This document shows positions 44,237 to 53,158 of a stretch of 64,000 nucleotides of DNA, in pieces. The notes beneath the pieces were generated by a model. The model ran no database searches and was not told the origin of the DNA. It worked only from the letters and a program-made list of their open reading frames with translations. This stretch comes from an uncultured Actinomycetes bacterium (GTDB taxonomy: Bacteria > Actinomycetota > Actinomycetes > Streptosporangiales > Streptosporangiaceae). Made by a program: the position numbers and the translations under genes. Positions within the stretch are counted from its first letter, which is position 1, and every line of letters starts with the position of its first letter. The stretch spans positions 11,641 through 75,640 of the forward strand of contig CAVYPZ010000002.1 of assembly GCA_963770535.1 (NCBI GenBank), given 5' to 3'.

Positions 44237-45202
44237 ATGCATCCAGAGCCGCCAGCAGGTGGTTCCCCGGGTGAACCCGGGGACGGCGCGCCGCTGCCTT
44301 CCCCGGGCGGTCCCGGGGACGGCGGGCCGCTGCCTTCCCCGGGCGGTCCCGGGGACGGCGTGCCGCCGTTCCCCGGCGGACCGGGGGACGGCGCGCCGCC
44401 GCCCCGGGCCCGCAGGAGCCGCGTGCTCCGGTCCCCGCGTCCCGGCCGGGTCCGCAACCCGGTCTGGTACGCGCTGGTGACCAGGGCCGAGCGCGCCGGG
44501 CACGAGGCCGCAGGCGGCGTTCACAAGGCTGTGCCCGCCTGGCGGCGCAGCACCCCGGGCGAGCATCGCTGGCCGGTCACGATCAGCGTGATCATCGCGA
44601 TCGTCCTGCAGCGGCTGCTGCCGGGCCAGCTGGCCCTGCGCCCGCTGCCGGGCTGGCTGCTGCCCGTGCTGGAGGGCGGCGTGCTCGTCGGCCTGGCCAT
44701 CGCCAACCCGGTCCGCATCGAGCGCCGGGGGGTGTTCGTGCGCTGGGTCAGCATCGTGCTGATCCTCCTGATCACCGCGGCTAACGCGGCGTCCGCGATC
44801 CTGCTCATCCGGGAGATCATCAAGGGCGGTCCCCAAACCAGCTCCGCGGGGCCCCTGCTCGCCTCCGGGGCGGCCATCTGGGCCACCAACGTGATCGCGT
44901 TCGCCCTCTGGTACTGGGAATTCGACCGGGGCGGCCCGGTGCACCGGGCCTACGGCACGTTCCAGTACCTGGACTTCCTGTTCCCGCAGATGACGATCGA
45001 GCACATGACCGCCCCCGACTGGGAGCCGCGGTTCGTTGACTACCTGTACCTGTCGTTCACCAACGCCACCGCGTTCAGCCCGACCGACGTCATGCCGCTG
45101 GCGCGCTGGGCCAAGCTGACCATGCTGGTCCAGTCCGGGGTGTCGCTCTCGCTCGGTGCCCTGGTCATCGCGCGGGCGGTGAACATTCTCCCGGTCCGCT
45201 GA
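44237..45202 (+). CDS. DUF1345 membrane protein with repeat-encoded Pro/Gly-rich N-terminus (start uncertain)
   Basis: ..HRWPVTISVIIAIVLQRLLP.., ..WATNVIAFALWYWEFDRGGP.., ..FVDYLYLSFTNATAFSPTDV... About 36-nt tandem repeats at 44279-44408 encode GDGAPLPSPGGP units. Confidence 0.65.
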   Translation: MHPEPPAGGSPGEPGDGAPLPSPGGPGDGGPLPSPGGPGDGVPPFPGGPGDGAPPPRARRSRVLRSPRPGRVRNPVWYALVTRAERAGHEAAGGVHKAVPAWRRSTPGEHRWPVTISVIIAIVLQRLLPGQLALRPLPGWLLPVLEGGVLVGLAIANPVRIERRGVFVRWVSIVLILLITAANAASAILLIREIIKGGPQTSSAGPLLASGAAIWATNVIAFALWYWEFDRGGPVHRAYGTFQYLDFLFPQMTIEHMTAPDWEPRFVDYLYLSFTNATAFSPTDVMPLARWAKLTMLVQSGVSLSLGALVIARAVNILPVR

Positions 45203-45349
45203 CCTGCCCGGGAGCCTCCCCGGGGCCGTCCCCATGGCGATCCTGGTTACCAGCGGGTATTATTGGATTTGTTACTCGCCGGTAGCAGTCTGGGCAGGAT
45301 GCCCATCATCGGATGCTCATCAGGACTGCTCGTCAGAATGGGGGCGTCC

Positions 45350-47203
45350 ATGGGTCACTACAAGAGCAACCTGCGCGACATCGAGTTCAACCTGTTCGAG
45401 GTGCTGCGCCGCCAGGACCTGCTCGGCAGTGAACCCTACCCGGACGTGGACGAGGAGACCGCCCGCGGCATCCTCGACGAGGTGAACCGGCTGGCCACCG
45501 GCCCCATCGCCGAGTCGTTCGCGGACGCGGACCGCCACCCCCCGGTGTTCGACCCGGGCACCGCGACGGTGACGATGCCGGAGAGCTTCAAGAAGTCCTT
45601 CGCCGCGTTCATGGACGCCGAATGGTTCCGCCTCGACCTGCCGGCCGACCTGGGCGGCATCGCCGCGCCGCGCACGCTGGCCTGGTCGGTGGCCGAGCTC
45701 ATCCTGGGCGCCAACCCCGCGGTCTGGATGTACTCCGGCGGCCCCAACTTCGCCCAGGTGCTGTGGGCCATCGGCACCCCGGAGCAGCAGCGGTTCGCCC
45801 AGCAGGCCATCGACCGCAAGTGGGGCAGCACGATGGTGCTGACCGAGCCGGAAGCCGGCTCGGACGTGGGCGCGGGCCGGACCAGGGCCATCGAGCAGCC
45901 CGACGGCACCTGGCACATCGAGGGCGTCAAGCGGTTCATCACCAGCGCCGAGCATGACATGTCCGAGAACATCTTCCACCTGGTGCTGGCCCGCCCCGCG
46001 GGTGCCGGGCCCGGCACCAAGGGGCTGTCCATGTTCCTGGTGCCCAAGTACCTGGTCGGCCCGGACGGCGAGCTGGGCGAGCGCAACGGGGTCCGGGTCA
46101 CCGGGGTCGAGCACAAGATGGGCCTGAAGGCCTCCACCACCTGCGAGCTCACGTTCGGCGGGGACCGTCCCGCGGTCGGCACCCTGGTCGGCGGCGTGCA
46201 CGACGGCATCCGGCAGATGTTCCTGATCATCGAGCACGCCCGGATGATGGTCGGCACCAAGGCCATCGCGACGCTGTCCACCGGCTACCTGAACGCGCTG
46301 GAGTACGCGCGGCAGCGGGTGCAGGGCGCGGACATGACCCGGATGGCGGACAAGACCGCGCCCCGGGTCACGATCATCCATCACCCCGACGTGCGCCGGA
46401 TCCTGATGATGCAGAAGGCGTACGCCGAGGGCATGCGGGCGCTGGTGCTTTACACCGCCTCCTGGCAGGACGCGGTGCAGATCGCCAAGGCCGAGGGCCG
46501 CACCGAGTCAGCGAACACCGAGCCGGGCACCAGCGGTGACCTCGCGGTCCGCGTCAACGACCTGCTGCTGCCCATCGTCAAGGGCGTCGGCTCCGAGCGG
46601 GCCTACGAGCTGCTGACGCTGTCCCTGCAGACGTACGGCGGCTCGGGCTTCATCCAGGACTTCCCGGTCGAGCAGTACATCCGGGACGCCAAGATCGACA
46701 GCCTGTACGAGGGCACCACCGCGATCCAGGGCATGGACCTGTTCTTCCGCAAGGTCCTGCGGGACCAGGGGGTCGCCCTCGGCGCCGTGCTCGGCGAGAT
46801 CAAGGAGTTCGCGGCCAGCGAGGCCGGGAACGGGCGGCTGAAGCCCGAGCGTGCCGCGCTGTCCGCCGCGGTCGGCGACGTCGAGGCCATGGTCGCGGCG
46901 CTGTCCGGGTACGCGGTCGCCTCGCTGGAGCAGCCCGCCGAGGTCTACAAGGCCGGGCTGAACAGTACCCGGCTGCTGATGGCCCTCGGCGACCTGCTCA
47001 TCGGCTGGCTGCTGGCCCGGCAGGCCGAGGTGGCGATCCGCGCCCTGGACGGGGAAGCGGGCCGCGACCAGGCCTTCTACCAGGGCAAGGTGGCCACCGC
47101 GCGATTCTTCGCCGAGACCGTGCTGCCCCGGCTGGCCGTGGAGCGCCAGATCGCCGAGTCGGCGACCCTGGACCTCATGGAACTCCCCGAAGAGGCCTTC
47201 TAG
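45350..47203 (+). CDS. long-form acyl-CoA dehydrogenase (FadE5-like)
   Basis: Starts [19 protein letters not shown] like mycobacterial FadE5. ..[16 protein letters not shown].., ..[19 protein letters not shown].., ..[34 protein letters not shown].. Confidence 0.85.
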   Translation: MGHYKSNLRDIEFNLFEVLRRQDLLGSEPYPDVDEETARGILDEVNRLATGPIAESFADADRHPPVFDPGTATVTMPESFKKSFAAFMDAEWFRLDLPADLGGIAAPRTLAWSVAELILGANPAVWMYSGGPNFAQVLWAIGTPEQQRFAQQAIDRKWGSTMVLTEPEAGSDVGAGRTRAIEQPDGTWHIEGVKRFITSAEHDMSENIFHLVLARPAGAGPGTKGLSMFLVPKYLVGPDGELGERNGVRVTGVEHKMGLKASTTCELTFGGDRPAVGTLVGGVHDGIRQMFLIIEHARMMVGTKAIATLSTGYLNALEYARQRVQGADMTRMADKTAPRVTIIHHPDVRRILMMQKAYAEGMRALVLYTASWQDAVQIAKAEGRTESANTEPGTSGDLAVRVNDLLLPIVKGVGSERAYELLTLSLQTYGGSGFIQDFPVEQYIRDAKIDSLYEGTTAIQGMDLFFRKVLRDQGVALGAVLGEIKEFAASEAGNGRLKPERAALSAAVGDVEAMVAALSGYAVASLEQPAEVYKAGLNSTRLLMALGDLLIGWLLARQAEVAIRALDGEAGRDQAFYQGKVATARFFAETVLPRLAVERQIAESATLDLMELPEEAF

Positions 47204-47274
47204 AGGCTCTGGGCATGAGCGCGGTGCATTGGGGGCGCCTGGGCGCCCCCAATGCACCGCGCTGACGATCGGGG

Positions 47275-47571
47275 CTAAATCCCGTACTGCACGGCGGCAC
47301 GCTGGTCCACGATCGGGGTGACGTACTTGCCGATGATGTCCCGGTGCACCGGATGGTCCCGGTACACCAGGTAGTCCTCCACGCTGTCGAAGTCCGCGAC
47401 CACGGCGAACTGGAAGTTACCCGGGTTCATCTCCGCGTCCAGGCCCACGTCGTAGGCCTTGATCTGCTCGATGGTGCCGGGCAGCGTGCGCAGCTGGCGG
47501 GCCATGTCCTCCTGCTGCTCGCGGGTGGCCTCCGGGGTGAACGTGAACAGCACAACGTGCCGGAACATCAT
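47275..47571 (-). CDS. Dabb (stress-responsive A/B barrel) domain protein
   Basis: MFRHVVLFTF..EQIKAYDVGLD..FAVVADFDSVEDYLVYRDHPVH.. Confidence 0.8.
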   Translation of the reverse strand: MMFRHVVLFTFTPEATREQQEDMARQLRTLPGTIEQIKAYDVGLDAEMNPGNFQFAVVADFDSVEDYLVYRDHPVHRDIIGKYVTPIVDQRAAVQYGI

Positions 47572-47591
47572 GATCCCTTTCGGTAGCAGGT

Positions 47592-49031
47592 TCAGCCCCA
47601 GGCCAGCATGCGCAGGGGGTCGTGGAGCATCGCCCCGATGTCGCGGAGCACGGCCGAGCCCAGGTCGCCGTCCACGATGCGGTGGTCGAACGAGAGCGAC
47701 AGGGTGGTCACCTTACGCACCGCGAGCTGGCCGTCCACCACCCACGGCGCGTCCCTGATCTGCCCGAAGGCCAGGATGGCCGCTTCCGGCGGGGTGATGA
47801 TGGGGGTTCCCGCGTCCACCCCGAACACGCCGACGTTGGTGATGGTGATCGTGCCGCCGGTCAGGTCGGACGGCGAGGCCTTGCCCGCCCGGGCCGTGTC
47901 GGCCAGGCTGGCCAGCGCGCGGGCCAGCGCGGGCAGGCTCATCAGGTGCGCGCCCTTGATGGTGGGCACGACCAGCCCGCGCTCGGTGGCGGCCGCGATG
48001 CCCAGGTTCACGTAGTGCCGGACCACGATCTCCTGCGCGTCCTCGTCCCAGGTCGAGTTGATCATCGGATGCCGTGCGACGGCGGTCAGCAGGGCCCGGG
48101 CCACCAGCAGCAGCGGTGACACCCGGAGCCCGGTGAACTCCGGGAGGTCCCGCAGCCGCCGCACCGCCTCGACCGTGGCCTCCACGTCGACCTGCAGGAA
48201 CTCGGTGACGTGCGGGGCCTGCCGCGCGCTGGCGGCCACCGCGGCCGCGGTGTGCTTGCGGACTCCCCGGATCGGGATCCGCTCCTCCACCAGGCGGGCC
48301 GGCGCCTCCCGGGCCTGCGCCGGGTGCGGGCCGGCCGCCCGCTGCACGTCATCGCGGGTGATGGACCCGCCCTGGCCGCTGCCGGCCAGCCCGCCCAGGT
48401 CCACGCCCAGCTCCCGGGCCAGCTTGCGCACCGGCGGCTTCGCCAGCACGCTCGGGTGGCCGCCCGCCTCCCGGTTGCCGGTGGCCGGCGCAGTCTCCGC
48501 AACGAAACCGTTCCCGGCCGGGGCCTTGCGCGCCCGCCGGGTGGTCGCGCCGGCCTTGACGCCGTAACCGACCAGCACGGCCTGCCGCTCCTCGGCGGGA
48601 GGGACCGGCGGGACCAGGTCCTCCGACGAGGGACGCGGCCCGGCGGCCGCGATGGCCGAGGGATCGGCAGGCTGGGCCGCCGGCCCCGGGCCGCCCGGCC
48701 CCGGCCCGCCCGGCCCCGGCCCGCCCGGCTGCGGCCCGCCCGGCTGCGGTGCGGCGCCGGGCACGTCCACCGCGATGATCGGCGTGCCCACGTCCACGGT
48801 CTGGCCCTCGGGCACCAGCAGCGCGGCGACCACGCCCGCGTACGGGCTGGGCAGCTCGACCACGGCCTTGGCCGTCTCGATGTCCACGATGATCTGGTTC
48901 ACGGTCACCGTGTCGCCCGGCTTGACCCGCCAGGTGACGATGTCCGCCTCGGTCAGCCCCTCACCCACATCGGGGAGCCGGAACTCCCGGCGCCCGGTGG
49001 CCGCAGGTCCTGCGGTTACAGACTCGGTCAT
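47592..49031 (-). CDS. bkdC: dihydrolipoamide acyltransferase, E2 of a branched-chain 2-oxoacid dehydrogenase complex
   Basis: Lipoyl domain (..DIETAKAVVELPSP..), PG-rich linker, E3-binding domain (..AKPPVRKLARELGVDL..), and catalytic domain with SLSFDHRIVDG. The ATG at 49031 follows GGGGAG. Confidence 0.9.
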   Translation of the reverse strand: MTESVTAGPAATGRREFRLPDVGEGLTEADIVTWRVKPGDTVTVNQIIVDIETAKAVVELPSPYAGVVAALLVPEGQTVDVGTPIIAVDVPGAAPQPGGPQPGGPGPGGPGPGGPGPAAQPADPSAIAAAGPRPSSEDLVPPVPPAEERQAVLVGYGVKAGATTRRARKAPAGNGFVAETAPATGNREAGGHPSVLAKPPVRKLARELGVDLGGLAGSGQGGSITRDDVQRAAGPHPAQAREAPARLVEERIPIRGVRKHTAAAVAASARQAPHVTEFLQVDVEATVEAVRRLRDLPEFTGLRVSPLLLVARALLTAVARHPMINSTWDEDAQEIVVRHYVNLGIAAATERGLVVPTIKGAHLMSLPALARALASLADTARAGKASPSDLTGGTITITNVGVFGVDAGTPIITPPEAAILAFGQIRDAPWVVDGQLAVRKVTTLSLSFDHRIVDGDLGSAVLRDIGAMLHDPLRMLAWG

Positions 49032-49042
49032 GCCAACTCCCC

Positions 49043-50026
49043 TCAGACGGTGAAGGTGCGGTCCACGGCGTCCAGCACGCGGTCCAGGTCGGGCAGGTAG
49101 TGATCTTCCAGCCGCGATGGCGGGTAGGGGGTGGAGAAGCCGCCCACCCGCAGCACCGGCGATTCCAGCTGGTAGAAGCACTCCTGCGTGATCCGGGCCG
49201 CGAGTTCCCCGCCCAGGCCCCCGGTGACCGGGGCCTCGTGGGCCACCACGCACCGGCCGGTGCGCCGCACCGACGCGCAGATGGTCTCCAGGTCCAGGGG
49301 GGAGAGCGAGCGCAGGTCGACCACCTCGATCGAGCGCCCCTCGGCGCGGGCGGCCACGGCCGACTCGACGCAGGTCCGGACCATCGGGCCGTAGCACAGC
49401 AGGGTCACGTCGGTGCCATCCAGCACGATCCTGGAGCGGTCCAGCGGGAGGGCGGCATCGAGGCCGGCGGCCGGGTCCACCTCGGCCTTGTCCCAGTAGC
49501 GGCGCTTCGGCTCGAAGAAGATGACCGGGTCGTCGCAGCGGATCGACTGCTGGATCATCGTGTAGGCGTCCGCGGAGTTGGCGCAGGCCACCACGCGCAG
49601 CCCCGCGATGTGCGCGAACAGGGCCTCCGGGGACTCGCTGTGATGCTCCACTGCGCCGATCCCGCCGCCGCACGGGATCCGGATCGTGACCGGCATGGCC
49701 ACGTGGCCCAGCGAGCGCAGCCGCATCTTGGCCAGCTGGCTGACGATCTGGTCGAACGCGGGGAACACGAACCCGTCGAACTGGATCTCGCACACCGGCC
49801 GGTAGCCGCGCAGCGCCAGCCCGATCGCGGTGCCGATGATGCCGGACTCGGCCAGTGGCGTGTCGATCACCCGGTCCTCGCCGAAGTCCTTCTGGAGGCC
49901 GTCGGTGACCCGGAACACGCCGCCGAGCTTGCCCACGTCCTCGCCCATCATGAGCACGCTGGCATCGTCCTCGAGGGCCTTGCGCAGGCCCGCGTTGAGC
50001 GCCTTGGACAGCGTCATGACCGTCAT
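49043..50026 (-). CDS. bkdB: 2-oxoacid dehydrogenase E1 component, beta subunit
   Basis: MTVMTLSKALNAGLRKALEDDASVLMMGEDVGKLGGVFRVTDGL..DTPLAESGIIG..EIQFDGFVFPAFDQI.. ATGA overlap with the E1 alpha stop. Confidence 0.9.
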   Translation of the reverse strand: MTVMTLSKALNAGLRKALEDDASVLMMGEDVGKLGGVFRVTDGLQKDFGEDRVIDTPLAESGIIGTAIGLALRGYRPVCEIQFDGFVFPAFDQIVSQLAKMRLRSLGHVAMPVTIRIPCGGGIGAVEHHSESPEALFAHIAGLRVVACANSADAYTMIQQSIRCDDPVIFFEPKRRYWDKAEVDPAAGLDAALPLDRSRIVLDGTDVTLLCYGPMVRTCVESAVAARAEGRSIEVVDLRSLSPLDLETICASVRRTGRCVVAHEAPVTGGLGGELAARITQECFYQLESPVLRVGGFSTPYPPSRLEDHYLPDLDRVLDAVDRTFTV

Positions 50027-51216
50027 CGGGCCTCCTCGCCGGCGAACGAGTCGAGGTAGGCCGCATACTGCTCGCGCTCGGAGTCCAGCAGCGGGTTCGG
50101 CCCGGCGTAGACGTTCTCGAAGATGGCCAGCGGCTCCGGGTCCGGCATCTCCAGGCAGGCCTGGCGGACCCGGCGGCCCAGCTCGTCCGCCTCTGCGTCC
50201 ACCCCCTCGAGGAACGCGGCGCCGGCGGCACCGCTGCGGACGAGGTAGGCCTTGACCCGCTCGATCGGGTCCTTGAGCTTCCACGCCTCCAGCTCGCTGG
50301 CCAGCCGGTACCGGGTCGGGTCGTCGGTGGTGGTGTGCGCGCCCATCCGGTAGGTGTACGCCTCGATGAGCGTGGGGCCCTGGCCTTCACGGGCCGCCTG
50401 CATGGCCTTCCTGGTCACCGCCAGGCAGGCGAGCACGTCGTTGCCGTCCACCCGCAGGCCGGGGAAGCCGAACCCGCTGGCCCGCCGGTAGAGCGGGATG
50501 CGGCTCTGCCGCTCGAGCGGCTCGGAGATGGCCCACTGGTTGTTCTGGCAGAAGAACACGACCGGCGCGTTGAACACCGACGCCCAGATGAACGCCTCGT
50601 TGACGTCGCCCTGGCTGGTGGCGCCGTCCCCGAAGTAGGCGATGACCGCTTCCCCGTCCTCGCCGACCGCGCCGTCACGCTGGATGCCCATCGCGTACCC
50701 GGTGGCGTGCAGCGTCTGCGCGCCGATCACGATCGTGTAGAGGTGGAACCGGTACGTGGCCGGATCCCAGCCGCCGTGGCTGACCCCGCGGAACAGCTCC
50801 AGCAGCCGCGTCGGGTCCAGCCCGCGGCACCAGGCCACACCGTGCTCGCGGTAGGTGGGGAAGGCCATGTCCCGCGGCCCGAGCGCGCGGCCCGAGCCGA
50901 CCTGGGCTGCTTCCTGCCCGAGCAGCGAGGCCCAGATCCCGAGCTCGCCCTGCCGCTGGAGGGCGATGGCCTCGGTGTCGATCCTGCGGACCAGGACCAG
51001 GTCCCGGTACAGGTCTTTCACCTCGTCGTCGGTGAGCTCCAGCGGGTAGTCCGGATGCTCGACCCGCTCACCCTCGGGGGTGAGCAGCTGGATGGTTTCG
51101 GTGCGCGGTCCCGGCGGCCGGTTCAGGCCTCCCGGGCTTCCTGGTGCGGTGACCGCACCGTCGGCGTCGACGGTCACGTACCACTCCCTCTGCTGGTGGG
51201 GTTCACGAGCCCCCAT
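50023..51216 (-). CDS. bkdA: 2-oxoacid dehydrogenase E1 component, alpha subunit (TPP-binding)
   Basis: ..RQGELGIWASLLGQEAAQVGS..YREHG.., TPP motif ..YFGDGATSQGDVNEA..FFCQNNQWAIS... The true start may be the GTG near 51177, because the first codons lie in an intergenic repeat. Confidence 0.9.
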   Translation of the reverse strand: MGAREPHQQREWYVTVDADGAVTAPGSPGGLNRPPGPRTETIQLLTPEGERVEHPDYPLELTDDEVKDLYRDLVLVRRIDTEAIALQRQGELGIWASLLGQEAAQVGSGRALGPRDMAFPTYREHGVAWCRGLDPTRLLELFRGVSHGGWDPATYRFHLYTIVIGAQTLHATGYAMGIQRDGAVGEDGEAVIAYFGDGATSQGDVNEAFIWASVFNAPVVFFCQNNQWAISEPLERQSRIPLYRRASGFGFPGLRVDGNDVLACLAVTRKAMQAAREGQGPTLIEAYTYRMGAHTTTDDPTRYRLASELEAWKLKDPIERVKAYLVRSGAAGAAFLEGVDAEADELGRRVRQACLEMPDPEPLAIFENVYAGPNPLLDSEREQYAAYLDSFAGEEAR

Positions 51217-51270
51217 GGTGGTGGGGGTTCACGATGCCCCATGGTGGTGGGGTTCACTAGGGCCATCGTG
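51194..51270. repeat. three direct repeats (~26-bp period) containing GGGGTTCAC, in the bkdA-purS divergent region
   Basis: TGGTGGGGTTCACGAGCCCCCA / TGGTGGTGGGGGTTCACGATGCCCCA / TGGTGGTGGGGTTCACTAGGGCCA, read directly. Confidence 0.8.
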
Positions 51271-51335
51271 GCAGACGAGGCTCCGTCCCGGGAAACCCCG
51301 GTGCACAGGAGCAGACTCCAGGGAGGCGGGAACCA

Positions 51336-51578
51336 GTGGCCCGAATTGTCGTCAACGTGATGCTCCGCCAGGAGATCCACGATCCGCAGGGGGAGGCCAT
51401 CGCCAGCGCGGCGCACCGGCTCGGCTTCGGGCAGGTGCTCGGGGTCCGGCAGGGCAAGCGGTTCGAGGTGGAACTCAGCGGGCCCGCGGACGAGTCCGCG
51501 CTGGCCCGGGTGGCCGAGCTGGCTGGTGAGCTGCTGGCCAACCAGGTGATCGAGGAGTTCACGGTGCACGAGGGCTGA
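51336..51578 (+). CDS. purS: phosphoribosylformylglycinamidine synthase subunit PurS
   Basis: GTG after GGGAGG. ..RIVVNVMLRQEIHDPQGEAIASAAHRLGF..VRQGKRFEVEL.. 80 aa. Confidence 0.9.
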   Translation: MARIVVNVMLRQEIHDPQGEAIASAAHRLGFGQVLGVRQGKRFEVELSGPADESALARVAELAGELLANQVIEEFTVHEG

Positions 51579-51706
51579 CCCGGGGCCGGCTGGCCAGGCA
51601 CCAGGGCCTAGCCACATAACACTAAGAGTTCACGATTATCCGCGCCAGGGCCGGGAAAGGACACAAGTGGCCAGCACCAACACGGGATGAGGGACCTGAA
51701 GGGCGG

Positions 51707-52366
51707 ATGCGGGCTCACATGAGACGCGCCGAGGAGTCGATTGTGGACGTTGAGTTCTGCCTGGTCTTTCCGCATGAGGCACTCAGCGTGCCGGTCATGC
51801 GCCGGGTCCTGGGCGACACCCTACGCCGGCTCGGGGCCGATGAGGAAGGGGTCAATGACCTCCTCCTCGCGGTGACGGAGGCCTGCACGAACGTGCTCAA
51901 GCACGGTGCGCCCGGCCCCCGCTACGAGATCGTCGCCCGGATCGGCCAGCGTGGCTGCCTGATCCAGGTGCTGAACGACGAGCGCGGCCTCGACTCGCTC
52001 ATGGTGCCTGCCCCGCGCCGGCCCATGTGGGACGCCGTGCACGCGCCGTCACGTTTCCGGCGCCGGTCCGGCGGGGCCGCGGCCCGCAGGGCCTCCTCAC
52101 GGGCCGTGGGGCGGTGGCGCGCTCCCGGGCGGCCGCTGACCGCGGACCACCAGCCGCTGGCCGGGGGCCAGCGGCCGCTGACCGAGGACCAGATGATCGC
52201 CCTGCTGCCGGAGTCGGGCCGCGGCCTGGCCATCATGCGGGCCTGCGTGGATGATGTGACGCTGAGCAGCGGGCCGGGGATGGGCACCGTGGTCTCCCTC
52301 GAGAAGCGGATGGCCTGGCGGGCCGACGCGCCCCTGCTGGAGGGGCTGCTGCGCGACGCCGGCTGA
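51707..52366 (+). CDS. HATPase_c_2 anti-sigma-factor-type serine kinase (RsbW/SpoIIAB-like) with Arg-rich insertion
   Basis: N-box ..LLLAVTEACTNVLKHG.. and G-box ..ESGRGLAIMRACVDDVTLSSGPGMGTVVSLEK.. are separated by about 60 aa of R/P/A-rich sequence. Confidence 0.7.
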   Translation: MRAHMRRAEESIVDVEFCLVFPHEALSVPVMRRVLGDTLRRLGADEEGVNDLLLAVTEACTNVLKHGAPGPRYEIVARIGQRGCLIQVLNDERGLDSLMVPAPRRPMWDAVHAPSRFRRRSGGAAARRASSRAVGRWRAPGRPLTADHQPLAGGQRPLTEDQMIALLPESGRGLAIMRACVDDVTLSSGPGMGTVVSLEKRMAWRADAPLLEGLLRDAG

Positions 52367-52465
52367 CCAGGCACCACCTGCCGGAACCACCCGCCTGAAC
52401 CACCCGGCCGGGCACGGTAATCTGCAGGCAGGATCACCCCGCTCTCCCCGCTGCGAGGACGCCTC

Positions 52466-53158
52466 ATGACAGCCCGCGTGGGCGTCATCACTTTTCCCGG
52501 ATCGCTGGATGACGCCGATGCCGCGCGCGCCGTGGCCCGGGCCGGCGCCGAGCCGGTCCCGCTCTGGCACGGTGACCGCGATCTGCGCGGGCTGGCCGCG
52601 GTCATCCTGCCCGGCGGCTTCTCCTACGGCGACTACCTGCGCTGCGGGGCCATTGCCCGGTTCGCGCCCGTGATGGGGGAGCTTATCCCGGCCGCCCGGG
52701 ACGGCCTGCCGGTCCTGGGCATCTGCAACGGTTTCCAGATCCTCTGCGAGGCCCACCTGCTGCCCGGCGCGCTGACCCGGAACGCGGGCCTGCGGTTCGT
52801 CGACCGGGTGGTCCGGGTGCGCATCGAGGACATCGGGACCCCGTGGACCGCGGACTATGCCCAGGATCAGGAGATCAGCGTGGTGCTGAAGAGCGGCGAG
52901 GGTGCTTACGTGGCCGATCCCGCCACGCTGGCCCGGCTGACCGCCGCCGGCCAGGTCGTCGCGCGGTACGCGGGGGGGAACCCGAACGGATCCGCCGGGG
53001 ATATTGCGGGCGTTCGCAGCGAAGCCGGGAACGTGGTGGGGCTGATGCCGCACCCGGAGCACGCGATCGACGCGCTGACCGGGCCGGGCACCGACGGTCT
53101 CGGGTTCTTCACCTCCGTGCTGCGTGAACTGGCGCAAACACCGGGGGAAGCCCGGTGA
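52466..53158 (+). CDS. purQ: phosphoribosylformylglycinamidine synthase glutaminase subunit PurQ
   Basis: ..VGVITFPGS.., ..[12 protein letters not shown].., catalytic GICNGFQIL, ..MPHPEHA.. Confidence 0.95.
   Translation: MTARVGVITFPGSLDDADAARAVARAGAEPVPLWHGDRDLRGLAAVILPGGFSYGDYLRCGAIARFAPVMGELIPAARDGLPVLGICNGFQILCEAHLLPGALTRNAGLRFVDRVVRVRIEDIGTPWTADYAQDQEISVVLKSGEGAYVADPATLARLTAAGQVVARYAGGNPNGSAGDIAGVRSEAGNVVGLMPHPEHAIDALTGPGTDGLGFFTSVLRELAQTPGEAR

Noticed and set aside
47592-50390. Single 932-aa ORF spanning the BKD region.
   Set aside because: Only its C-terminal 479 aa (E2, from the ATG at 49031) is real. Upstream it runs out of frame across the E1 beta and E1 alpha genes, which have their own frames, RBSs and ATGA coupling.
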